From: Alloprevotella sp.
GTDB lineage: Bacteria > Bacteroidota > Bacteroidia > Bacteroidales > Bacteroidaceae
Assembly: GCA_017543785.1 (NCBI GenBank)
Contig: JAFYFI010000127.1
Coordinates: 1-46,421 of the forward strand
Direction: 5' to 3'
Length of the DNA: 46,421 bases
Shown: positions 22,188-32,200 of the stretch, piece after piece
Layout of the letters: each line of letters begins with the position of its first letter
Numbering within the stretch: position 1 is the stretch's first letter
Notes under the pieces: generated by a model
What the model saw: only the letters and a program-made list of their open reading frames with translations
The model's database searches: none
Told to the model about the DNA's origin: nothing
Position numbers and translations under genes: made by a program

Positions 22188-23056
22188 TACTTTTTCTTAG
22201 TCTTTTTCAAGTCAGTACTCTTAATTGTTGCCGTTTTATTTGTAACAGTCTGAGCTGGCTTATAGTATTTTAAGGCTTCAGGCATCCACTTCTGTATGTT
22301 TGCAATACGTTTTTCATCGCTGGGGTGGTCGCTGAAGAAGGCTGGAACGCTGCTGGTGGAATTTTGTGCCATGCGCTGCCAGAAAGTAACCGCAGCTTCG
22401 GGATTATAACCTGCCATAGCAGCAAAGATAAGTCCCATATAGTCTGCCTCACTCTCATTGGCACGGGAATAGCCTCTCAAAACGCTGTTGGCACCGAAAC
22501 CAAAGGCTGCCTGACCTATTTGCTGCCACATAGAACTTTGCCCTTGAAGAAGAATATTCAGGGCTTGTGCTCCATACTGAGCCTTCATTTGTTTTGACAG
22601 CTTTTCTGCAGAATGTTTTGCCACGGCATGCGCCACCTCATGCCCCATAACTATTGCCAGAGCATCTTCCGTTTGAGTCAGAGGCAAAATACCATCGTAA
22701 ACCACGATTTTTCCTCCGGGCATGCAGAAGGCATTAGCCGAATTGTCCTGTACGAGGTTTATTTCCCAGTTGTAGCTCGCCACGTCAGCTGCCTGCCCCG
22801 TTTGGCGCAGGTAATTGACAACGGCATTCGATATGCGCTCACCGACACGTTTTACCATAGCGGTTTTTGCCGGATCGTTAGATGCTTTTGCCGTGGCCAT
22901 GTACTCGCTATACTGCTGAGTACTCAGACTGAGAATCTGCTGGTCGGAAACTAATAGGCTTTGCTTTCTTCCCGTGAGGGGGACGATGTTTGTAGTGCCG
23001 CATGCGGTGAGAACTACCGTAAGGGCCAGGATGAGTAATTTTCTGAAAGTTTTCAT
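22187..23056 (-). CDS. M48-family metallopeptidase lipoprotein
   Basis: Lipobox LTAC, ANAFCMPGGKIVVYDG, GHEVAHAVAKH, YSRANESEAD, AGYNP, SDHP. Confidence 0.92.
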   Translation of the reverse strand: MKTFRKLLILALTVVLTACGTTNIVPLTGRKQSLLVSDQQILSLSTQQYSEYMATAKASNDPAKTAMVKRVGERISNAVVNYLRQTGQAADVASYNWEINLVQDNSANAFCMPGGKIVVYDGILPLTQTEDALAIVMGHEVAHAVAKHSAEKLSKQMKAQYGAQALNILLQGQSSMWQQIGQAAFGFGANSVLRGYSRANESEADYMGLIFAAMAGYNPEAAVTFWQRMAQNSTSSVPAFFSDHPSDEKRIANIQKWMPEALKYYKPAQTVTNKTATIKSTDLKKTKKK

Positions 23057-23104
23057 ATCTTAATATGTCTTTATTATGTCTCGGAATAGTGAAGTTGACC
23101 ACTG

Positions 23105-23112
23105 CAAAAGTA
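23105..23112 (-). promoter_or_regulatory. -7 promoter box (TACTTTTG) for the M48 peptidase
   Basis: TAnnTTTG match. Confidence 0.65.
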
Positions 23113-23208
23113 AGCATTCCACAAAAAACAATAAAATTCTGACATAATTATAATCTGCAAATCTTTATAAGCCATTTCTTTAATATGTGCTAATTTCATA
23201 TTTTTTAG

Positions 23209-23216
23209 TACTTTTG
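23209..23216 (+). promoter_or_regulatory. -7 promoter box (TACTTTTG) for the GHL10 gene
   Basis: TAnnTTTG match 22 nt upstream of the ATG. Confidence 0.7.
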
Positions 23217-23238
23217 CCAGCAAATCAAACAACTATAT

Positions 23239-24735
23239 ATGAGAAAAATTCTGTTCTTATTCTTCAGCCTGCTAAGTTTTGCCCTTTTAGCTCAGCAGCC
23301 TGCACCCCCTAAACGCGAATTTCGCGGAGCATGGATACAAGCTGTCAACGGCCAGTTTATGGGACTGGGACGCGATGCCATGCAAGCAAACCTTACCAAG
23401 CAACTCAACGAACTGCAGGCATGTGGTGTGAATACTGTTATTTTTCAGGTTCGCGTAGAAGGCGATGCTCTCTACAATAGCCACTACGAACCGTGGAGTA
23501 GATTTCTCACAGGCAAACAAGGCATGGCGCCCGAACCGGCATGGGACCCCCTGGCATGGATGATTAGGGAAAGCCACCTCAGAGGAATGGAGCTTCACGC
23601 CTGGATAAATCCCTACCGTGCAAAGACAAAAACCACAAAAGAACTTGCCAACACTCACCCCTACATACAATTTCCCGAAAGGTTTTTTAGCTATGACGAC
23701 CTTCTGATATTTGACCCGGGTCTGCAAGAAAACCGCGATTACATTTGTATGATAGTCAGCGACATTCTCAGTCGCTACAATGTTGACGGCATACATATCG
23801 ACGACTATTTCTATCCTTATCCCGTTGCAGGAAAGGAAATTCCCGACAACGCCACTTTCCGCCGCCACAACAACGGATTCACCGACAAATCGGACTGGCG
23901 GCGCTACAACGTGAACCTGCTCATCGAGCAACTCTATGAAACTATTCACAGTGTCAAGCCATGGGTGAAGTTTGGAGTGTCTCCTTTTGGAATATACCAC
24001 AATGCTCAGGGCGACAATGTACCTGGTTCGCAGACCAAGGGACTACAAAACTATGACGACCTGTATGCCGACGTACTCTATTGGATAGACAAAGGATGGG
24101 TTGACTACACCGTGCCACAGCTATATTGGGAGATAGGACACAAAGTTGCCGACTACGACACCCTCATACGTTGGTGGGCACGCATGGCTTCAAAGCGTCC
24201 TCTCATCATAGGTCAGGACGTGGAACGCACCGTGAAAGCTGCGGACCTGAAAAATCCCAAGACCAACCAGATGCCCGAAAAATTTCGACTCCAGCGTACG
24301 CTCCCGGGCATTCAGGGCAGTTGTCTTTGGTATAGCGCCGCCGTGGTGCGCAACGAAGGAAACTATGCCACAGCCCTGCGCCGCCGCTACCACCGCTACC
24401 CTGCCCTACAGCCTTCGATGCCGTTCATCACTACCGAGCAGCCTAAGGCGGTGAAAAGCCTGCGCGCACAATGGCTCAAGGACGGGTATTACCTGACGTG
24501 GAAAGCTCCGAAGTATAAAGACTGGCGCACACAGCCTATGCGCTATGTGGTTTACCGCTTCCGCAAAGGAGAGCCCATAAACATTGAGGATGCTACAAAA
24601 ATCATTGCCATCACCATTCAGCAAAGCATCAAGCTGCCCTACGTTGAAGGCAAAGAAAAGTGGGTTTATTGCGTCACAGCACTCAATCCCATACAGAACG
24701 AGTCAAAACTGAAAAAGAAGTCTGTTAAGTTATAA
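23239..24735 (+). CDS. Glycoside hydrolase-like family 10 protein (GHL10, YddW/DigH-like) with FN3-like C-terminus
   Basis: Signal peptide; REFRGAWI, FQVR..GDALY.S, WDPL, ELHAWINPYR, YNVDGIHIDDYFYPY, FGVSPFG, DY.VPQLYW. Confidence 0.88.
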   Translation: MRKILFLFFSLLSFALLAQQPAPPKREFRGAWIQAVNGQFMGLGRDAMQANLTKQLNELQACGVNTVIFQVRVEGDALYNSHYEPWSRFLTGKQGMAPEPAWDPLAWMIRESHLRGMELHAWINPYRAKTKTTKELANTHPYIQFPERFFSYDDLLIFDPGLQENRDYICMIVSDILSRYNVDGIHIDDYFYPYPVAGKEIPDNATFRRHNNGFTDKSDWRRYNVNLLIEQLYETIHSVKPWVKFGVSPFGIYHNAQGDNVPGSQTKGLQNYDDLYADVLYWIDKGWVDYTVPQLYWEIGHKVADYDTLIRWWARMASKRPLIIGQDVERTVKAADLKNPKTNQMPEKFRLQRTLPGIQGSCLWYSAAVVRNEGNYATALRRRYHRYPALQPSMPFITTEQPKAVKSLRAQWLKDGYYLTWKAPKYKDWRTQPMRYVVYRFRKGEPINIEDATKIIAITIQQSIKLPYVEGKEKWVYCVTALNPIQNESKLKKKSVKL

Positions 24736-24807
24736 GTTTCTGAAGTTAGTTGGGTTCTTTTTTCTCTACACCCAAGAACCCGTCAAACTACAATACAAAA
24801 TAAGCAA

Positions 24808-26757
24808 ATGAAAGTACTGAAATTCAGCAGCACTTTGGCGAGCACCGTTGATGGTATCGGTCGCGTGAGCCACATCGTGGAACAAGCCGCTAAGGAGGGA
24901 GAGGTAGAAGTCGTAGTTGGTTCCGACTATGCCGCAGCCACACTCGCCGTAGAGCGTGGCGCAGACGCATTGGAGATATGGACCGACGTTGACGGTTTCA
25001 CCACTGCCGACCGCAGCATCATTCCCAATGCCTACACCATAGAACGCCTCACCTACAACGAGGCTATGGAATTGTGCAACTTCGGAGCAAAGGTCTTCGA
25101 CCCGCCTTCGCTCTACCCTGCCTGTGCCAAGAACATACCCATATACATCAAGAACGTGATGCACCCCGAGAGGCACGGAAGCGTGATTTCGTCGCAGCTC
25201 CCACCTAGCGAGGAAGGCTCACTACCTATCCGCGGCATCTCTAGCATCAACGAGATGAGCATCGTCACCGTGAGCGGTAAGATCATGGTGGGCGTCATCG
25301 GTATGAACCGTCGCATCTTCACCTGCCTTGCCGAAGAAGGCATCAGCGTCTTTATGGTAGTGCAGACCTCATCCGAGACAAGCACCTCGCTCTGTGTTAC
25401 GCCCGAAGACGGTCCTAAGGCATGCCGCGTGCTCGACAAGGAATTTTCTGCCGAGATAGCCGAGGAAGCCATGAACCCCGCTATCCTGCAGGAGGGCATG
25501 GCTACAATAGCCGTTGTAGGTGAAAACATGAAGCGTGCATCTGGTGTTGCCGGAAAGCTCTTTGCCGTCTTGGGACGCAATGGCATCAGCATATCTGCCA
25601 TAGGACAAGGAGCTTCCGAAATGAATGTCTCCTTCGTCATCGACAGACGACTGCTGAGCAAAGCCATCAGCGTACTTCACGACTCTTTCTTCCTCAGCGA
25701 ATACCAAGAGGTAAATCTGTTCCTCTGCGGCACAGGTACTGTAGGCAGCAGCCTTCTGTCCCAGCTGGCAGCGCAGCGCGAGAGATTGATGCGCGAGCGC
25801 AGGCTGAAAGTAAACCTCGTGGGTGTCTGCGGTACGAAACGTGGAGCATATTGCAGCGAAGGCATAGATGCTTCCAACTACGAAGAAGCACTCAGCAAGG
25901 GAGAGCAGGGAGGCATAGGCCACATGGTTAAACGTATCCTCGAGATGAACCTCTACAACTCCGTCTTTGTTGACTGCACAGCGTCTGACGACGTAGCAAA
26001 GAACTATCTCACCCTGCTTCAGCACAACGTAAACATCGTTGCCGCCAACAAAGTAGCAGCATCGTCAGACTTTGCCAACTACAAGCAGTTGAAGGATACG
26101 GCGCGTGAGCGCGGCGTGCGCTACCTCTTCGAGACAAACGTGGGCGCCGGACTTCCCGTGATAAACACTATCAGCGACCTTCGCGCATCGGGCGATGAAG
26201 TGCTGCGCATCGAAGCAGTGGTGAGCGGTACGCTGAACTACATCTTCAGCAGACTCTCGGAGAGCGTCAGTCTCTCGCAGGCTGTTCGCGAGGCAATGGA
26301 GGCTGGCTACTCCGAGCCCGACCCACGCATAGACCTAAGTGGCAAGGACGTGCTGCGCAAGCTAATCATTCTGGCGCGCGAAAGCGGCTATCAGGTCGAA
26401 GCATCCGATGTGGACCTACAAACATTCCTGCCCGACGAACTTTTTGCAGGCGACGTAGATTCCTTCTGGAAAAAACTTTCCAGCCTTGACGCTCAGTTTG
26501 AAGCACGCCGCAAGCAACTGGAGCAGGATGGAAAATGCCTGCGCTTCGTAGCTACATGGGCTGACGGTCATGGAGAGATAAAACTAAGGGAGGTCTCCGA
26601 GGAAAGCCCCTTCTACAATCTCCAAGGCACCAACAACATCATCAGCCTCACCACCTCGCGTTATCGCGAGCCCATGGTAATCCAGGGCTATGGCGCCGGT
26701 GCCGACGTTACCGCCGCAGGAGTATTCGCCGACATCATGCGCTGCGCCAGCAACTAA
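24808..26757 (+). CDS. thrA: ThrA-like aspartokinase/homoserine dehydrogenase with a large deletion in the kinase domain; ACT domains and HSDH intact
   Basis: GSDY..EIWTDVDG, ELCNFGAKV, two ACT repeats (QTSSE, QGASE), HSDH motifs GTGTVG, FVDCT, AANK, FETNVGAGLP, SGTLNYIF, GYSEPDPRIDLSG.D..RK, GYGAG..VTAAGVF. Only 649 aa. Confidence 0.88.
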   Translation: MKVLKFSSTLASTVDGIGRVSHIVEQAAKEGEVEVVVGSDYAAATLAVERGADALEIWTDVDGFTTADRSIIPNAYTIERLTYNEAMELCNFGAKVFDPPSLYPACAKNIPIYIKNVMHPERHGSVISSQLPPSEEGSLPIRGISSINEMSIVTVSGKIMVGVIGMNRRIFTCLAEEGISVFMVVQTSSETSTSLCVTPEDGPKACRVLDKEFSAEIAEEAMNPAILQEGMATIAVVGENMKRASGVAGKLFAVLGRNGISISAIGQGASEMNVSFVIDRRLLSKAISVLHDSFFLSEYQEVNLFLCGTGTVGSSLLSQLAAQRERLMRERRLKVNLVGVCGTKRGAYCSEGIDASNYEEALSKGEQGGIGHMVKRILEMNLYNSVFVDCTASDDVAKNYLTLLQHNVNIVAANKVAASSDFANYKQLKDTARERGVRYLFETNVGAGLPVINTISDLRASGDEVLRIEAVVSGTLNYIFSRLSESVSLSQAVREAMEAGYSEPDPRIDLSGKDVLRKLIILARESGYQVEASDVDLQTFLPDELFAGDVDSFWKKLSSLDAQFEARRKQLEQDGKCLRFVATWADGHGEIKLREVSEESPFYNLQGTNNIISLTTSRYREPMVIQGYGAGADVTAAGVFADIMRCASN

Positions 26758-26798
26758 GTAGCAACAACTCTCAGAAAGAAACACATCTATATAAAAGT

Positions 26799-26838
26799 AT
26801 CAGCCCACTCGCTAGATGGTGAGTGGGCTGATTTTTTT
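26799..26838 (+). terminator. Intrinsic terminator after thrA (possibly bidirectional)
   Basis: 12-bp stem atcagcccactc / gagtgggctgat followed by a T-run. Confidence 0.85.
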
Positions 26839-26860
26839 GTATTTATATCGACAATATCTC

Positions 26861-27775
26861 TTAGAACATCTTGTCGGGATAGATGCCGTCTTCGTGGAGT
26901 TTCTTGAATTTCTCCACTACCTCGGGACGGTCTTCGGGATAGGTGACGCCAAACCAGCGGCTCGTGGTGTCGAGCACTTCGCAGGTAGCATCTCCGCGGC
27001 GAATGAGAGTGTCGACCATCAAGGGGATGAAGAACTCGCTCTTGAGGTTCTCCTGATTCTTGGGGTCGCTGAGGAAGGTCTTGAAATACTCACGGCTGTA
27101 GGCGAAGTAGTCGGGAGTGAAACCCCAGAAGTTCATGCTTACGGGAGTTGTGTCGGGAATGCTAACCCATGTCTCGCCATCGTCGTCGAGATATTTCACT
27201 ACGCCGTCGAAGCGCTGTATCTTGGTGCGTTCTACTACGCTGGTCAGGAGTTTCTGCTCGTTGGTCTCGCAGACGCCGCGGCTCACGGTGCCGCTCTCGG
27301 AGAGAGTGTTGCCTACGCGGAAGCCCACCATGGCATACTTACCTGTGGAGCCCTCGGGGAGTTCGCTGAGGAACTTGCCCATTACGCGGAAAGAATCGCG
27401 ATCGTAGAAATCATCACAATTGAGCACTGCGAAAGGTTCGTTGATGGCTGTCTCGCCCATCATTACGGCATGGTTGGTACCCCATGGCTTGGTGCGTCCT
27501 TCGGGAACGGTGAATCCTTCGGGAAGAGCATCCAGCGACTGGAATACTACTTCGCAGGGGATGTGTCCCTCATATTTTGAAAGGACTATGCGACGGAAAT
27601 CGTCTTCAAAGTCTTTGCGAATGACAAATACAAGCTTTCCGAAGCCAGCGTTGATGGCGTCGTAAATGCTGTAGTCCATGATGGTTTCACCATGAGGACC
27701 AAGAGTGTCGAGCTGTTTCAAACCGCCGTAACGGCTTCCCATACCTGCTGCAAGCAGGAAAAGTGTTGGTTTCAT
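26861..27775 (-). CDS. Sugar-phosphate nucleotidyltransferase family protein
   Basis: LLAAGMGSRYGGLKQL, KPWGTNHA, LNCDDFY, GTVSRGVC, VSMNFWGF, SEFFIP, WFGVTY.ED. Confidence 0.88.
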   Translation of the reverse strand: MKPTLFLLAAGMGSRYGGLKQLDTLGPHGETIMDYSIYDAINAGFGKLVFVIRKDFEDDFRRIVLSKYEGHIPCEVVFQSLDALPEGFTVPEGRTKPWGTNHAVMMGETAINEPFAVLNCDDFYDRDSFRVMGKFLSELPEGSTGKYAMVGFRVGNTLSESGTVSRGVCETNEQKLLTSVVERTKIQRFDGVVKYLDDDGETWVSIPDTTPVSMNFWGFTPDYFAYSREYFKTFLSDPKNQENLKSEFFIPLMVDTLIRRGDATCEVLDTTSRWFGVTYPEDRPEVVEKFKKLHEDGIYPDKMF

Positions 27776-27816
27776 TATGTGTGGTTTTAAGATTTATGGT
27801 ATTAGTTTTCAGTTTG

Positions 27817-27824
27817 CAAAACTA
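27817..27824 (-). promoter_or_regulatory. -7 promoter box (TAGTTTTG)
   Basis: TAnnTTTG match upstream of the nucleotidyltransferase. Confidence 0.6.
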
Positions 27825-27919
27825 CAAATTAAGCTGACAACAAACAACGTTTATTTGTTTTTTTTGGTTCTGCCATAGCAGTAAGCCTCATCCGCCTTTC
27901 TGCACATGGCAGTTTCGTG

Positions 27920-28870
27920 TCACTGCCCTCCAAGCAGTTCGAAGTATCTGAGCACATCCTCCCAAGTCTTGAAATCTGGAGAGCCGAGCTGCAGCCGGGT
28001 GCCTATAAATTCGTCTGCATCGCTGTCGGGGAACGGTGCGGTCAGGAGATAATCGCCGAGGAGCAGGCTCAGGCTGTCGGTGGTCACTGTGCGCCGCCAG
28101 AAAGCCACTGCCTGCGAGGGTACTGACTGGCTAGGCGGGCTGACCAGATACACGTCGTAGCGCTGTGCCAGGAGTTCGGCAGCGTGGAGAGCCTCGCCTT
28201 CGGGGTGCCAGGCAGAGCTGTGGACATACACCACGGGGCGCTCATGCCCTGACTGCCTTTGGTCTATCCTGCCCAGCAATGGCATTAGGCTATGGAGCAG
28301 CACATGGTCGTTAAGTCGATGTTCGCCGTCGAAAGGTATGGCATGGCGATAGTGCTCACGGAAGAGAGGCTCGGTGTGCACCATTTCATCGCGCGTGCCA
28401 AAGAGTCCGAATACGTGCTGCTGCTCTTCTTCGTCGTCGGCTCCATGAAAGTTTTGCAGGGTGATTTCCTTATATTCTTCAAGCAGCCCTTTCGTAAGCA
28501 TGAATTCCTGCACCCCATCCCTACGGGGGTTGAAGAACGTGACTTTGCCCAATCCCACATTGGTGCGCAGGGTCTCGTGGAGGTTGAAGGCGGGATTTAC
28601 CAACACGCGGTCCACGCCACGGAGCATTTCGGCATACATTCCCCCCATCGAGGTGCCTATGATGACTGAAGGCTGTTCTTCAGCCACAAGATTTTTCAAC
28701 ATATCAAGAGCCTGCTGAGGATGAATTGGCAGGTCGGGGGCAAGGACCTGAGCCTCGGGCATCATCTGCTGCAGCAGGCGCGGTGTGTTGCTCTGTCCAC
28801 TGCTGCCAAAGCCGTGAACATAGAGCACCTTTTTACCTGAGAAATAGGGAAACTGTCTGAGAAATTCCAT
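27920..28870 (-). CDS. YqiA/UPF0227-family alpha/beta-hydrolase (esterase) with a degenerate C-terminal HAD-like domain
   Basis: LYVHGFGSS, GTSMGG nucleophile elbow, LVNPA, DE, GEH. C-terminal LLLGDYL..F.G..LQLGS..FKTW. Start at 28870 supported by the TACCTTTG box at 28887-28894. Confidence 0.82.
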   Translation of the reverse strand: MEFLRQFPYFSGKKVLYVHGFGSSGQSNTPRLLQQMMPEAQVLAPDLPIHPQQALDMLKNLVAEEQPSVIIGTSMGGMYAEMLRGVDRVLVNPAFNLHETLRTNVGLGKVTFFNPRRDGVQEFMLTKGLLEEYKEITLQNFHGADDEEEQQHVFGLFGTRDEMVHTEPLFREHYRHAIPFDGEHRLNDHVLLHSLMPLLGRIDQRQSGHERPVVYVHSSAWHPEGEALHAAELLAQRYDVYLVSPPSQSVPSQAVAFWRRTVTTDSLSLLLGDYLLTAPFPDSDADEFIGTRLQLGSPDFKTWEDVLRYFELLGGQ

Positions 28871-29003
28871 ATCGAAGTATTTTGTACAAAGGTAAGTAAA
28901 AAGTGTGGCAAAGATGAACTCTGCAAGATAAAAAGGCATGAGGGAGATTCGCCTGAGCTTCTGGAACAGACAGAGGATTGAGGCATGGACGAAAGGTTAG
29001 AAC

Positions 29004-29130
29004 AATTGTACGTGGCTTGGTAATTGAATTTCCAAGGCTTGGAAATCTAATTTTCATGGCTCGAAAATTGAGTTTCCATGCCTCGGAAAAATCTGCATGG
29101 CTTAGGGAAGGAATCGTCATGCCACAAAGG
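29004..29130. repeat. Degenerate tandem array of palindromic units with a 22-bp period (about 6 units)
   Basis: Best unit atttccaaggcttggaaat; others ttttcatggctcgaaaa and tttccatgcctcggaaa. Central G at 29014, 29036, 29058, 29080, then 29099 and 29121. Confidence 0.7.
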
Positions 29131-29148
29131 AGCCAACTCGTCCAGTGG

Positions 29149-29195
29149 AAAAAAAGAACTGTCCGGCTTGTTCATTTCACAAGTCGGACAGTTTC
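29149..29195 (-). terminator. Intrinsic terminator of the giant M60/GH95 gene
   Basis: Stem aactgtccggcttg / caagtcggacagtt with an A-run to its left, which is a U-tract on the minus strand. Confidence 0.8.
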
Positions 29196-29233
29196 TCTAT
29201 ATACGTTTTCGGTTCTGGAAAATGCGGGGAATG

Positions 29234-32200
29234 CTATCTGAGCACTTTCTTTCCACCTATGATGTAAATGCCACGGGTAGGTCGGGCAACGCGGCGTCCC
29301 TGGAGGTCGAAAATTCTTTCGTCGGTTTCGGACGTCGTTACATCAGAAATTCCTGTGGTGGCGTCGCCGAAGGAGATGATGAATCCCTTAGTCTGCGTAG
29401 CAACATCGCCAGGCAGGAAAGCCCTGTATGCCTTCAGCTTGGCTCCGGTGTATTTGTAGAAGCCTGGCACGCCCTTAGGAGCCTGGAACGTGTAGGTTCC
29501 GGCTGGGGTATCAGTCTCTACATAGTTTCCGGCTAGCTCGTTGCCTTCGCACAGGGTCTCTGTGTCGGACTCCAGGTCGCCAGTAGTAATGGTCAGTTCC
29601 ACTTGAGTGGCACCCTCGTCGCTTATGAAGAGAGCCGGTGTCCCGGCAGGAACGATTCCTGCGAGGGCATGTGTCTCTGCCATTTTTGTTTGTTGGTTGA
29701 CGTTTATGACATTTGCCGTTGCAGCTGCAGGCATGGTGTAGCCGAAGGGTAGATATACGGTGGCAAAGGTCTTGTCGCTTCCAGAGGGCTTATTCAGAGA
29801 AACCTTGTAGCTCTCTGCAGGAACCATGTACCAATGCGAGTTTTCATCGGCTTTTTCCCATGTTACAATTCCCGAGGCGGCATCATAGTTTTTATAGTTC
29901 TCGTTGTTGTCGAGATAGTTGTAGGCTCCCGAGCCCACCTGTATGCTCCACGTACCATCGTTGTTGCGTGCGAGCTTGCAGTTAAATGCCTCGCTGGCGT
30001 TCTCGTTCACCACTACTGGCTGGCTATAGCTGGTCTGTGTGGTGAGATATGCTCCACGAGAGGAGATGAGATAGCTGCCATCGGATTGCTCCTGGAAGCG
30101 GAACACCGTAGAGGGGTCGGCAAGGGCTGCTGCCTCAGCCTCGGCTTCGGTAGTGCCTACGAGGGTGTTGACCTTATAGCCGTTCTCGGTGATGTTGAGC
30201 CAGTGGGTGGGATTTACCTTATTGTAGAGACGATAGTATCCGTCGGCAAATTCAAGGCAAGCTTCTACGCTGAGTCTTGAACCTAAATCGCCAGGACCGC
30301 TGCTCCAGTATTTCAGCTGTGCATTGCCGGCATAGTTGTTAAGATAGTAGTCGGATGTAGTAGGAACGCGCAGGGCAAAGTATCCGTTGTTTGTCCCGTT
30401 GGTGTTCCAGTTGTATATCTCAAATGCCGTCGGGGTAGATGTGAGAGTGGGACCAGCAGAGCCATCGGTGTTCAGGCTTGTTGCCTCCAGACCCAATGAG
30501 GGGTATAGCTTATTGCGCAGCGTGATACCGCTGAACGGGTTGCCCTCGAAGAACCATCGGTAGGCATCGCCGCTACGTGTCTGAGTGAGAGCATAGGGCG
30601 CCTCGCTGCCAGCCTGAACGTATGGGGATGCGTAGTTGTCGAATTTGAGAGCATAATAGTGGCGTTCTGTGGATGAGAAGCAGAAAGGTCCGTCCCACTG
30701 ATAGGCTACGCGCACCTCCTTTGTCTCGTCGGCAGCAATGCTCAGGGATGTCTCGGAGGGATAGCTGACGAAGCGCGACTTGAAAGCCAGCAGTTCATCG
30801 GGCAGAGCCGTCACTGTGGTACCCTTGATATGGGTAGTAGCAGCACTGCGATAGACCTCTACGTCGTTTTCGTTGGTAACTATCCACGTAAGGCTGATTT
30901 TTTCGGGATTGAAGTTTATCTCTGCCGTTTCACCTTGTGCCAGAGTAATGCTTATTTCATCGGTTCCATTAGGCACCACAGTAGCATATACGCCACCAAT
31001 AGTGACAGCGGCATTTGCTATGCCTGGATATTTCACCACTAGGGGCTGACCAGCATTGGACGTTATGGAAGCTGTCGTTGCCGCTCCGTTTTCCCATGCT
31101 ACTCCCACAGTGAAGTTTCCTACGGCTTTGAGTCCAGTGATGCTTCCTTCATCCCATACTGTAGGCAGTGCAGGAAGGATGGAAATGGTGCCGTCGGCAC
31201 TCTGCATGAGCATTTCGGCTATTCCTGCGCAAGCTCCGAAGTTTCCGTCAATCTGGAAAGGTGCATGCGAATCATAGAGGTTATAGTATATACCGCCGCG
31301 ACTCTGATCTGTTCCATAACTTGTAGAGTGTCTCAGTGCGCTATGCAGGAGAACGTGTGCATGGTCACCATCTTGGGCACGTGCCCAGAGGTTTATGCGC
31401 CAACCCATGGACCAGCCTGTTGAGTTGTCGCTACGCAGCTTCAGGGAATTGACTGCGGCTTCGAAATATGGGCTGTCGGGTGTTACCTGTGCGTAGGGAT
31501 ATAGACACATAAGATGACTTTGGTGACGATGATTGTTTTCGCCTGCGCTATAGGATGAATACTTCCATTCGCGGAGTATCTCCGTACCGCTGCTCACACC
31601 ATTCTGAGGGTTGCCCCATGTGCCAGTGTATGTCTCGGTAGCGAGTCCCTTGTCGCTATTGGTGATATAGTCTTGCAACTGAGCTAGCTCGGCTGTGGTG
31701 AGTCCCGCTTCTGAACCCAGCACCTCTGCAGCAGCCATGGTATTTTGGAAAAGTTCTACTACCAACTGTTGCGAATGGGCTGTAGCATTCTCAGAACTTG
31801 GTCCATGTTCGGGTGAATATTCGTTGGGACATTCGTATGTTCCGTCAGTAGCTCTCACCATACGCTCCATCCAATACTGCGAGCAACTCCACATAGCAGG
31901 GAAGGCGCGTAGCAGGAAAGTGCGGTCGAGCGTATAACGATAGTGCTGCCACAGATGCGTGGCATACCATGCATTTGCAATAGTATAGTTGTCCGACCAG
32001 GGCGAACCTCCTCCAAAGATATTGTTTTCAGTATAGAATGTCCAACCCACGGTCTGTCCGCTGCGTGTTGCACGGCTAGTCCATTCTGTGTGTTTCGAAT
32101 TGTCAGCAAGTGCAATTATATAGTTCAGGAATGGCAGGTGAGTCTCGCTAAGGTTTGTTGGCTCAGCTGGCCAGTAGTTCATTTGAACATTAATGTTGGC

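Noticed and set aside
24750-24782. Hairpin gggttctt/aagaaccc before thrA as a threonine attenuator
   Set aside because: There is no Thr/Ile-rich leader peptide and no U-tract after the stem.
29004-29130. Possible CRISPR array
   Set aside because: Units are contiguous at a 22-bp period, degenerate and without unique spacers; no cas genes are in the window.
28978-29536. Plus-strand ORFs (87 and 152 aa) across the repeat array and terminator
   Set aside because: They span non-coding repeats and the antisense end of the giant gene, with no protein-like features.
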